From contig CBDHHL010000048.1 in assembly GCA_965263355.1 (NCBI GenBank), positions 230,017-294,016 on the forward strand: 64,000 nucleotides of DNA, in the 5' to 3' direction. Shown piece after piece: positions 42,913-51,388 of the stretch. The translations under genes were made by a program, and so were the position numbers. Within the stretch, counting starts at the first letter, position 1. Each line of letters opens with the position of its first letter. This stretch comes from Leptolyngbyaceae cyanobacterium (GTDB lineage: Bacteria > Cyanobacteriota > Cyanobacteriia > Phormidesmidales > Phormidesmidaceae). Below the pieces are notes generated by a model, which was not told the origin of the DNA, made no database searches, and saw only the letters and a list, made by a program, of their open reading frames with translations.

Positions 42913-43293
42913 ATGGGTTTATTTGATTGGTTTCAGCCTCAAGAGCCAGACACTACCACATTTGAAGTCAGCAACGACGACGGCGATCAGATTGTTTTTA
43001 CCATCCCGACTAAGGGCTCTAATAAAATACGTCAAGCGTTGCGTAATGCTGGGTTAGCTCGCGATAAAGACTATGTCAGTAAAGAATCATTGAAAGATTT
43101 CATCAGGCGTGATCACGGTGACCATCGTTGGTGGGCTCAACGTGATGTTGATGAGCAGGAAGATATAGAATGGCAAGGGGACCAGGAAGGAGGACCGGCA
43201 GACGACGAGGATGATGATACGGAGGGCTGTGATTATGCCGTCGATGATGAAGCGTCAGAGCAAACAGCGCTTAGGTTTTGGCCTAAGTGGTAG
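42913..43293 (+). CDS. Hypothetical acidic protein
   Basis: GGAG RBS; D/E-rich C-terminal half. Confidence 0.65.
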   Translation: MGLFDWFQPQEPDTTTFEVSNDDGDQIVFTIPTKGSNKIRQALRNAGLARDKDYVSKESLKDFIRRDHGDHRWWAQRDVDEQEDIEWQGDQEGGPADDEDDDTEGCDYAVDDEASEQTALRFWPKW

Positions 43294-43308
43294 TTACTAA
43301 ACCTAGCC

Positions 43309-43701
43309 ATGACTGAAATTCAAGTTGAAAATTGTCAGGAAAATTTATCACTTTATCTAGAGCATGATAGTGGTTATACGCCTGAATTTCTGAAAGACCA
43401 TCAAGAGGTTGATGAGGAACTTAGCCGTATTGTTTTGGTTTTCAATGGGGGTGATAATTTTGAGGGGATAGCGGGTGTTGAGGCGTACAGTATATCTGTA
43501 GAGACTGACTATCCTTGGAATTTATCACCGGGGCAACAGAAGGCTTACGAGTTGTTGTTGCCTTTGCAAACTGGCTCTGTTTACGCGCTAACAACTATTG
43601 GTAAACTGGCTGAGGCTATGGATCTAAAGTGTATTAGGGCAGCCTGTAAGCGCTTGGAAAATCTTCAAAGTTTAGGTGTGATTAAAGGTCTTAAGCTTTA
43701 A
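43309..43701 (+). CDS. Hypothetical protein with C-terminal LexA-like winged HTH
   Basis: LSPGQQKAYELL...TIGKLAEAMDLKCIRAACKRLENLQSLGVIK parallels the LexA DNA-binding-domain pattern. Confidence 0.55.
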   Translation: MTEIQVENCQENLSLYLEHDSGYTPEFLKDHQEVDEELSRIVLVFNGGDNFEGIAGVEAYSISVETDYPWNLSPGQQKAYELLLPLQTGSVYALTTIGKLAEAMDLKCIRAACKRLENLQSLGVIKGLKL

Positions 43702-43755
43702 TCGGGAATCTTTGATGAGTAGTCTATGGCTAGACTAACTATCTTCTATGGATTT

Positions 43756-43787
43756 TCCCCAGTTGTTGTTTACAACTGGGGATTTTT
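43756..43787. terminator. Terminator between the early genes and the convergent DGR target
   Basis: TCCCCAGTTGT-loop-ACAACTGGGGA stem followed by T5. Confidence 0.75.
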
Positions 43788-43904
43788 AGGTTTGGGCTCA
43801 AAACTGCGAAGACTGTTTTACAGCTACAGGCATGCGCTAACAAATTAAACACTGCAACGTACTCTTCTCTCGAAAAAGGTTAAAAGAGCAAGAAGGGTAA
43901 AGGG

Positions 43905-44727
43905 CTACGGAAGAGAGCCTGGGGGCGCACTCACAACTCGAAAACCGATAATGAGGTAGCGGTCGCCGGGCAGATTGTAGTTGCGACGGGCGGAGCGGCA
44001 ATCCTCTGGATAGTCTGGCCCAGGAGCCGCCGCGCAGGATGCGTCTAGAGTCATTACCATCAGTCATCCAAGCACTGCCATCTGTGGGTGCATTGTTGTA
44101 ATTCTCATGCCAGATATCTTGACACCATTCCAAAACATTTCCATGCATGTCACATAGCCCAAAATCATTGGCAATATCAAAATAATCGACATGGGTGGTT
44201 TCTTTTATATAGTCACCTTCAGGACCATCACCATAGGCAACCGTTCCACGATAATTGGCCACATAAGTCGTCAGGGTTTTGCCAAAATGAAAGGGGGTTG
44301 TTGTTCTAGCTCGACAGGCATATTCCCACTCCGCTTCGCTGGGTAATCGATAGGGACGGCCTGTATGGACTGATAGCCGTTTACAGAACTCCACAGCGTC
44401 ATACCAGGTTACTTGCTCCACAGGTCGATCAGCGCCTTTGTATTCAGAGGGGTCTGTCTCTAACTCGCGATCTACCGCTGGCATCGCCGCCACGGCTCGC
44501 CATTGAGCCTGGGTAACCGGATAGCGTCCCATAAAAAACTGAGGCACCGTCACGTCATGCAGGGGGCCTTCAGACTTCTGTCGTTTCAGCTCATCCTCTG
44601 GGGAGCCCATGGTAAATGTGCCGCCAGGAATTAACAGCATCTGCAGTGGGATGGCATCCCCCAGGGCCTCTAAGGGCTCGGTATAGTACTGAGTCGTAGC
44701 GGTCGTCCGCCGAAGAGTAAACGCCAT
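43905..44727 (-). CDS. DGR target 1: stand-alone FGE-sulfatase/C-type-lectin-fold protein (+1 frameshift inside its VR as sequenced)
   Basis: IPGGTFTMGSP, YPVTQAQW, RLPSEAEWEYACRA, DMHGNV.EWC and RGGSW motifs. Removing one base at ~44016 restores ...[14 protein letters not shown] with the stop at 43905. Confidence 0.9.
43919..44033 (-). repeat. DGR variable repeat VR1
   Basis: 115 nt against the 114-nt TR: 10-11 substitutions at TR adenines (depending on gap placement), two T>C changes and one insertion. Confidence 0.93.
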
Positions 44728-44850
44728 AGAGCAGCAGGTAACTTATTAGCCCCCAGTCTAGCCGCTCCCAGTCCCTAGTTCCCAGTCTCCGGCTGGGAAC
44801 CCCAACCAGGCTCCGCCTGCATCAGTAGGTTAATCTCTCAATTCTAAATA

Positions 44851-45033
44851 GGGCCAGCTAAGTCGTCGGTTTCCCTACCAAAGTAGCTGGCCCAGGGTTA
44901 TTTTTGGATACCTCGACGGGTATCGCCGGAATAGGCTCTGGACTCTTCTGAGGCACACCCGACAGATTCCCATCTGCCAGTTCTGACCAGCCAGGTACCC
45001 AGCCATAGGCAAGGCACCAGCAATAGAAGAGTG
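44851..45033 (-). ncRNA. Structured 3' spacer of the DGR template RNA
   Basis: Directly 3' of TR on the minus strand; stems CAGAT/ATCTG, GATACC/GGTATC and a 10-bp GGGCCAGCTA/TAGCTGGCCC (44851-44860 with 44884-44893). Confidence 0.6.
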
Positions 45034-45147
45034 CTGGGGGCGCACTCACAACTCGAAAACCGATATTGTTGTTGCGGTTGCCGGGCTGATTGTTGTTGCG
45101 ACAGGCGGAGCGGCAATTCTCTGGATTGTTGATCCAGGAGCCGCCGC
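45034..45147 (-). repeat. DGR template repeat (TR)
   Basis: Reads [37 protein letters not shown] with ten AAY codons; not part of a CLec gene; lies next to avd. Confidence 0.96.
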
Positions 45148-45257
45148 TTCGCGGCCTACCCCACATCTAGCATACACAAAACACGAGCCCACCCAACAAG
45201 GCCATCCTGCCGTTAGCTGGGCATTCTGAGCTAACTGGTTACATCTACCCCACATCC

Positions 45258-45647
45258 ATGGCTGTTGAGCTGCCCATCCTGCAAAAAACCTATGACTTAA
45301 TTAAGTGGTACGTCCCTTTACTCAACAAACTACCCCGTGATCAACGGTTTCTATTGGGAAACCGCATCATCACCGGCCTCTACGAACTACTAGAAGGCCT
45401 GATCGTAGCCCGCTATCAGCGCGATAAACTCCCCCAACTACGACAACTCAACAGCAAGCTAGAAATCCTACGCTATCAAACCCGACTGCTGTTAGATTTT
45501 GACCTACTTTCCCACCGCCGCTACCAATACGTCAGCCAACTCATCAATGCCATTGGTACAGACCTTGGTGGCTGGATACGCCAGCAAGAGCAGAAACCAA
45601 AGGTCAGAAATCAGCCCCCAGAAACCACAGCCATTACTAACCGCTGA
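45258..45647 (+). CDS. avd: DGR accessory variability determinant (four-helix bundle)
   Basis: [11 protein letters not shown]...[13 protein letters not shown]...[10 protein letters not shown]; basic 129-aa protein ending 2 nt before the RT. Confidence 0.92.
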   Translation: MAVELPILQKTYDLIKWYVPLLNKLPRDQRFLLGNRIITGLYELLEGLIVARYQRDKLPQLRQLNSKLEILRYQTRLLLDFDLLSHRRYQYVSQLINAIGTDLGGWIRQQEQKPKVRNQPPETTAITNR

Positions 45648-45649
45648 CT

Positions 45650-46711
45650 ATGCAACGCCATGGGAACCTTTGGCCCCAGGTCATCGACTTTGAGAACCTA
45701 TTGCTGGCCTCACGGCTTGCCCAGAAAGGCAAACGCTTTCGGCCCAATGTCCTCGCCTTTAATGACCGGCTAGGGGCAGAGCTTTTACAGCTCCAGACCG
45801 AACTCACCCACTTTACCTATCGCCCCGGCAACTACCGCACCTTTAGAATCCGCGATCCAAAACCACGCATGATTTCGGCAGCACCCTATCGAGATCGGGT
45901 GGTTCACCATGCCCTATGCAATGTGATCGTGCCATTGCTAGACCGCACGTTAATTAACCACACCTATGCCAATCGTCTGGGCTATGGCACCCATCGGGCA
46001 CTCACCCAGTTTACTGACTGGGCACGGTGTTATCCCTACTGCCTGCAATGCGATATCCAAACCTACTTTCCATCAATCGATCATGAAATCCTCAAGTCCA
46101 TCATCCGGCAACGGCTCAAGTGCCCAGACACCCTATGGCTCATTGACACCATCATCGATGCCAGTAACGACCAGTTCCCCGTTCTCGAATACTTTCCAGG
46201 GGATAACCTGCTCACGCCCGTAGAGCGACGACGAGGGCTGCCCATCGGCAACCTCACCAGCCAGTTCTTTGCCAATTTGTACCTCAGCCCCTTCGACCAC
46301 TTCGTTAAACGCCAGCTCAAGCTCAAACACTACCTGCGCTATGTGGACGACTTTGCCGCCTTCTCAGATGACCAGCAGGAACTGGCCGATGCTCGATTGG
46401 CCATGGAAGATTATCTGGCTACCCTGCGGCTAAAAATGCACCCCATAAAAAGCCAGCTATTTGAACCTCGATATGGGGCCAACTTTGTCGGTTTTCGCAT
46501 TCTGCCTGATCGCATCCGTGTCCGTAATGATAATGTGCGCCGAGCCCGGCGACGGCTCAAGTACTTGCAACGTCGTTATGCCGCTGGAGCAATTGAGCTA
46601 GAGCCGCTGGTCCAGCGCCTGCAGAGCTGGGAAGCCCACCTGAAGCATGGCAATACCTATCGCCTGCGGCAAAAGGTATTTGAACGCCATACGTTTATTA
46701 GACACGAATAA
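45650..46711 (+). CDS. DGR reverse transcriptase
   Basis: [33 protein letters not shown]-type [10 protein letters not shown] and catalytic YVDD; 353 aa with no maturase or endonuclease extension. Confidence 0.96.
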   Translation: MQRHGNLWPQVIDFENLLLASRLAQKGKRFRPNVLAFNDRLGAELLQLQTELTHFTYRPGNYRTFRIRDPKPRMISAAPYRDRVVHHALCNVIVPLLDRTLINHTYANRLGYGTHRALTQFTDWARCYPYCLQCDIQTYFPSIDHEILKSIIRQRLKCPDTLWLIDTIIDASNDQFPVLEYFPGDNLLTPVERRRGLPIGNLTSQFFANLYLSPFDHFVKRQLKLKHYLRYVDDFAAFSDDQQELADARLAMEDYLATLRLKMHPIKSQLFEPRYGANFVGFRILPDRIRVRNDNVRRARRRLKYLQRRYAAGAIELEPLVQRLQSWEAHLKHGNTYRLRQKVFERHTFIRHE

Positions 46712-46741
46712 GAGGAATGAATTTAGAGGGTAAGAGGGTAA

Positions 46742-46768
46742 TGGTTCCAGGCAGAGCCTGGGAACCAG
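46742..46768. repeat. REP-like hairpin downstream of VR2
   Basis: TGGTTCCAGGCAGAGCCTGGGAACCA; a related hairpin GTTCCCAGTCTCCGGCTGGGAAC lies at 44778-44800. Confidence 0.7.
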
Positions 46769-46781
46769 AAAGGGTAAAGGG

Positions 46782-47633
46782 TTACACAAGAGAGCCTGGG
46801 GGCGCACTCACAACTCGAAAACCGATATAGTTGTCGCGGTGGCCGGGCGGATGGTTGAAGCGACAGGCGGAGCGGCAAAACTCAGGAAAGTTGATCCAGG
46901 AGCCGCCGCGCAGGATGCGGATATTCGTCATTACCGTCAGTCATCCAGGCACTTCCATCTGTAGGCGCATTTCTTATAAGTTGTCATGCGAAATATCCTG
47001 GCACCATTCCCATACATTGCCATGCATGTCGCATAGGCCAAAGGCATTAGCTACATCAAAGTGATCAACTACAGTAGTTTCTTCTCGATATTCGCCTTTG
47101 GGGCCAGAACCATAGGAACCTGACCAGTTGTATTCTTCGCTGTCAGTGCCTCGGTAATTTGCTAAATCCGTCGTAATCGTTTCGCCAAAATGAAAGGGTG
47201 TTTTTGTACCTGCCCGACAAGCATATTCCCACTCGGCTTCGGTAGGGAGCCGGTAAGGACGGCCTGTATGGGCTGAGAGCCTTGCACAGAACTCCACAGC
47301 ATCGTCCCAAGATACCTTCTCCACAGGCCGATTAGCCCCCTTGAAACTGGATGGATCAACATCTAATTCCCGTTCCACCGGGGACATCTCCGCCACAGCT
47401 CGCCACTGGGCCTGAGTCACCAGATACCGCGCCATAAAGAACTGAGACACCCTCACCTCGTGCTGAGGGCCTTCGTTAGACTCACGCTTTAACTCATTCT
47501 CTGGAGACCCCATTAAAAACGTCCCTGCCGGGATACTCATCATCTCCAGGGGGCTCACCCCTGAGGCAATAGACTCTTCGTAATACTGGTTTTGCCCCTG
47601 ACTTTTGTTGATGGTGACAGCTTGAGCCTGCAT
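46782..47633 (-). pseudogene. DGR target 2: stand-alone FGE-sulfatase/CLec protein, interrupted as sequenced by three single-base duplications
   Basis: The ORF stops at WCQDISHDNL*. Removing an extra T, A and C in 46920-46980 restores HDNYKNAPTDGSAWMTDGNDEYRILRGGSW...[14 protein letters not shown]. May be intact in vivo. Confidence 0.8.
46796..46909 (-). repeat. DGR variable repeat VR2
   Basis: 114 nt; 12 substitutions against TR, all at adenines, with no indel. Confidence 0.95.
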
Positions 47634-47669
47634 AGTTGCAAAGGGTAAGAGGGTAAGAAGGGTAAAGGG

Positions 47670-50379
47670 CTACGGAAGAGAGCCTGGGGGCGCACTCACA
47701 ACTCGAAAACCGATATAGTTGAAGCGGTAGCCGGGCCGATCGTAGTATGCGACAGGCGGAGCGGCAAAACTCTGGAAGGCTGATCCAGGAGCCGCCGCGT
47801 AGGACACGTCTAGAGTTATTACCATCAACCATCCAGGCACTGCCATCCGTGGGCGCACCCCTGTAATTGTCATGCCAAATATCCTGACACCATTCCCAAA
47901 CATTGCCATGCATATCTGATAAACCAAAGGCATTGGCAATCTTGAATTCCGTTACTGAAGTCGTTTGCTCGCGATATTTTCCCTTAGGACCATTGCCGTA
48001 GGTATAGCCGCCATTGTAATTAGCAACTTCAGTCGTTAGGGTTTCGCCAACGTGAAACGGCGTTTTTGTCCCTGCCCGACAGGCATATTCCCACTCCGCT
48101 TCGCTGGGCAAACGATACAGACGTCCAGTGTCATTCGATAACCGTTTGCAAAACTCCACAGCATCTTCCCAAGAAACATTCTCCACAGGCCGATCAGCCC
48201 CTTTAAAGCCGGATGGCTCAGCCTTTAGCTCACAGTCCACCTGGGGCATCGCCGCCACCACTCGCCACTGAGCCTGAGTCACCGGATAGCGCCCCATCAA
48301 AAAGCCAGCAACCGTCACTTCATGCTGTGGCCCTTCACTGTCGATTCGGCTAAGCTCATCCTCTGGAGACCCCATCAAAAAGCGACCACTGGGAATCGCC
48401 ACCATCTCCAGCGAGATATCTGCCCCCAACTCTTCCAGAAATCGATAAGCCTGACCACGGGTCTTGGTCACCACCCAGCGCTGCCGCCGTAAAAAGCCTG
48501 TACGTTTACGCTCTAACGTCGCCACCTGACACTCAAACAGCTCCAGACCATCCCCAGGCAAACTCACCGTCGCAATCTCAAAGGTAGCCGTCTTTAACGA
48601 TGGATACTCAACCGTCGGCTCAGCCTCTGAGTCTACAAGCGTCCCTTTGGTAAACTCCAGTACCTCCAACGGTGGATAGTCAACCTTATTATCTGGAGCT
48701 AAAGACTGCACAACGGTTTCCGTCTCCACAGCTGCCACCAACTCTGCATACTGCCCCCCCAACCGCCGCAGGGCCTGCTTCGTCACATTGGCAAATTCCA
48801 AAAACTCACTGCCTGCGGTCTTCAGCTCCTCCTTCAGCCGCAGCAGCGCCATAAAGCTATAGATCGACTTACCCAGCTTGCTGCCAATATAGGCTGACAC
48901 TTCGTTCAGCACCTCCTCTGCCGAGTCTGTCCTGACCGTATCCACCAGCAGTTCCCGCACACCCTCCACAAACCGATAATGCCGTTGCTGATCAAACAAA
49001 CTCCCCTGAGAAACTCCCTTGGATCTATCGACTTCCCCAGCCTCAGGCTTTACCCGCTCAATCAGCCCACTTAAAAACACCTCCGCCACATGCAACGGCG
49101 ACGACTCTGGCAACAGCTTGGCCTGAATGATATACACCAGTGACAGCTCCACCGGCACCAACGCCATTAACGACGCCAACTCTCGGGCCGTTTGCGATGC
49201 CGTTTGACTAAATTGATTTACCAGCTGCTCAGCATAGTCTGGCTCAGTCTGGGTAGCCACGGGGCCAGCAGCCACCAGCTCTGGATCATCTACCTCATCC
49301 TCCAGTTCATCCAACGGATACCAAATGCCCGCCGTTTGGGTATCACCAAACCCAGCCAACACCCTAGCCCACTGAGCCATGGACGACGGTTCTAACGTAA
49401 TGATCGGCAGCTTTAGCCCTGGGCCATACTCCCGATGAAACTCCTGAGGTAGTGGGTCCACTAGCTGGGCATTGGTCCCCCCTGGCCCCCGTGCCGAGAA
49501 TGTGGTTTGTAACCCAGCCTCTAGGGCTGTACGGGACCACATGCGCGACGGCAGCATCTGCAAAATCGCCACGGGGCCATGTTTTGCCCATGGGTCCAGA
49601 TAGTAAGTCTGCAATTTTCCCCGCTGCCATGCGGTCGAAATGCAATCGCTAACCACCACGATCAACCGTCGCCCAGATGCATCGATCAGCCCCTTTGGAT
49701 CGCGGGGGCGAGGCATGGCTTCTGGCATCGGACGCTTAGCATACAGCGCTGTGGCACCACCGGCAGAGGTTTGCAAATACCACACCGTCACGGTACGAAA
49801 CGCTCCCTGCCGTTCTAACACCTGCTGAAAGTCACGAATCGTATCGCGCCACAAAAAGCTAGAGGCAGAATCTTCGACCACCAGGGCCAGTTCTAACCAT
49901 CGTTCTCGGGCAGGCTGCACCATGGTCATACAAAACTGACGCTCAGCCGTCTGTTCCGCCGTCGCCTCTTCATCCAACTCCGTTTGGGTGTAGGAGTCCA
50001 CTCGCCGCATCAAGGGCCGTAGTGAACGCCCCAAGGCCAACGTTCTGCGTAGGGCCGGAGACGTTGGTGTGGCAAACGGGATGCCCTTGTTAGGGGCTTT
50101 AGTTTTCTGAGTCTGAGTCTGTTGGGTTGTTTGACTGTAGAGAGAAAACTCAGCAGCTGAAGGCGGCGGCGCTGGCGGCGTATTATCGATCTCAATTTCG
50201 ACAGTCTCGTCAGGCTCTGACCTTGAGTCTGGTTCCTGCCTTTCCCCTGCTTCCGGAGCGTCAATGTAGCTCGTCAACCACAATAAGTCAGCAATATTCT
50301 CCCCATCCCAATCGATACCCGCATTTTTCACACGGGCAATCACTGTCGCCAAATTAGAAGAGAAATCCTGCTGTACCAA
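47670..50379 (-). CDS. DGR target 3: vWA-like (SAV_2336-type) N-terminal domain plus C-terminal FGE-sulfatase/CLec domain (+1 frameshift in its VR as sequenced)
   Basis: LGRSLRPL, LDEEATAE, LELALVVEDSAS (degenerate MIDAS) and IVVVSDCIS..W; full CLec motifs. Removing one base at ~47748 restores [14 protein letters not shown] at 47670. Confidence 0.9.
47684..47798 (-). repeat. DGR variable repeat VR3
   Basis: 115 nt; 12 substitutions, all at TR adenines, plus one insertion (AAC to ATAC). Confidence 0.95.
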
Positions 50380-50383
50380 TGGC

Positions 50384-51388
50384 CTAAGCCCCCGGCCCTG
50401 ACAATGGCTTCAGAATTTTTTGCAGCAGGTCACTATCAGCGGATAGATCCGGTGTCCCCTCTTGAAGTAATAAATAAATGGCATTGAGCAGTTGATCTGT
50501 CGCCAACGACTCACGATCTCGCTTCTCCACAAAGGCTTTGATCACCGGCTCCGCCTTCGTCAGCACGTCACCGTCTAATTTCGCCAAATGCCGTTGCACA
50601 ATATCCGCCAGTTCAGCCTCTGTCGGCTCACCCATATCCAACCGAATACAGCGCCGCAAAAACGGTGGTGGAAAATCCCGCTCACCATTGCTGGTTAAAA
50701 TCACAAACGGAAACGCATTACACTGCACCTGCCCCTTTTCAATGGTGGCCGTTTCATCCTCTTCAGCATAGGAGGTCCCCACATCCACTGTAGGTAGTAC
50801 TTCCTTAATGCGCTCCAGCTCATCAATCCGAAAGCGCCCTTCCTCAAAGGTATGGAGCAAATCATTGGGCAAATCAATATCGCTCTTGTCAATTTCATCA
50901 ATCAGCAACACCCGAGGTTTTTGGCTCCCTTTAGGCACCGGCAACAGTGCCGTACCCAACGGCCCCAAACGAATATATTTACCAATGGCCTTTAGCGCAT
51001 CGGCCCGATCTTTGGGTAGCTTATTAGTCTGGTCAAACTGAGAGTCTTGCAAGCGACCAATGGCATCGTAACTGTATAGGCCCTGCTTTAGGGTAGTACG
51101 TGTCGTAATTGGCCAGTAAAGCACTTCCCCCAGCTTTAGCTCATGGGCCACCGCATAGGCCAGCGACGTTTTACCCGTCCCCGGCTTCCCCGTAATCAAC
51201 AATGGCCGCCGTAGATAGAGCGCCGCATTAACCAGCTCTATCTGAGCCTCATGGGCCTTAAACGTGGTCCCCTTTTGCTCCTGATACTGATTTACATCCT
51301 GAAACGCTCGCCACCCTGGTGGAGGCGGCAAACGCTCTAGATCATCGTGGGGCTCTCCAGTCCCCTGATAGATTTTCCAAGAAGTCAT
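50384..51388 (-). CDS. MoxR-family AAA+ ATPase
   Basis: LPPPPGWR, AALYLRRPLL, Walker A GKPGTGKT, Walker B LLIDEIDK, TSNGER and FLRRC. Confidence 0.93.
   Translation of the reverse strand: MTSWKIYQGTGEPHDDLERLPPPPGWRAFQDVNQYQEQKGTTFKAHEAQIELVNAALYLRRPLLITGKPGTGKTSLAYAVAHELKLGEVLYWPITTRTTLKQGLYSYDAIGRLQDSQFDQTNKLPKDRADALKAIGKYIRLGPLGTALLPVPKGSQKPRVLLIDEIDKSDIDLPNDLLHTFEEGRFRIDELERIKEVLPTVDVGTSYAEEDETATIEKGQVQCNAFPFVILTSNGERDFPPPFLRRCIRLDMGEPTEAELADIVQRHLAKLDGDVLTKAEPVIKAFVEKRDRESLATDQLLNAIYLLLQEGTPDLSADSDLLQKILKPLSGPGA

Noticed and set aside
44858..45255. ORFs 44858-45166, 44898-45116 and 45046-45255 as proteins
   Set aside because: They are translations of the non-coding TR and its structured spacer; there is no upstream CLec body.
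45650..46711. RT as a group II intron maturase or retron RT
   Set aside because: It is short, has the GxxxSQ motif, sits next to avd and TR, and has no intron domain V, endonuclease or retron VTG motif that I could see.
43919..47798. Four ~114-nt repeats as a CRISPR array or simple duplication
   Set aside because: They are too long, irregularly spaced, lie in coding 3' ends, differ specifically at adenines, and there are no cas genes. They are TR/VR.
47494..47939. C-terminal extension of the 961-aa ORF, and ORF 47670-47939 as a separate gene
   Set aside because: Both are products of the +1 insertion in VR3; the correct end is [13 protein letters not shown] at 47670.
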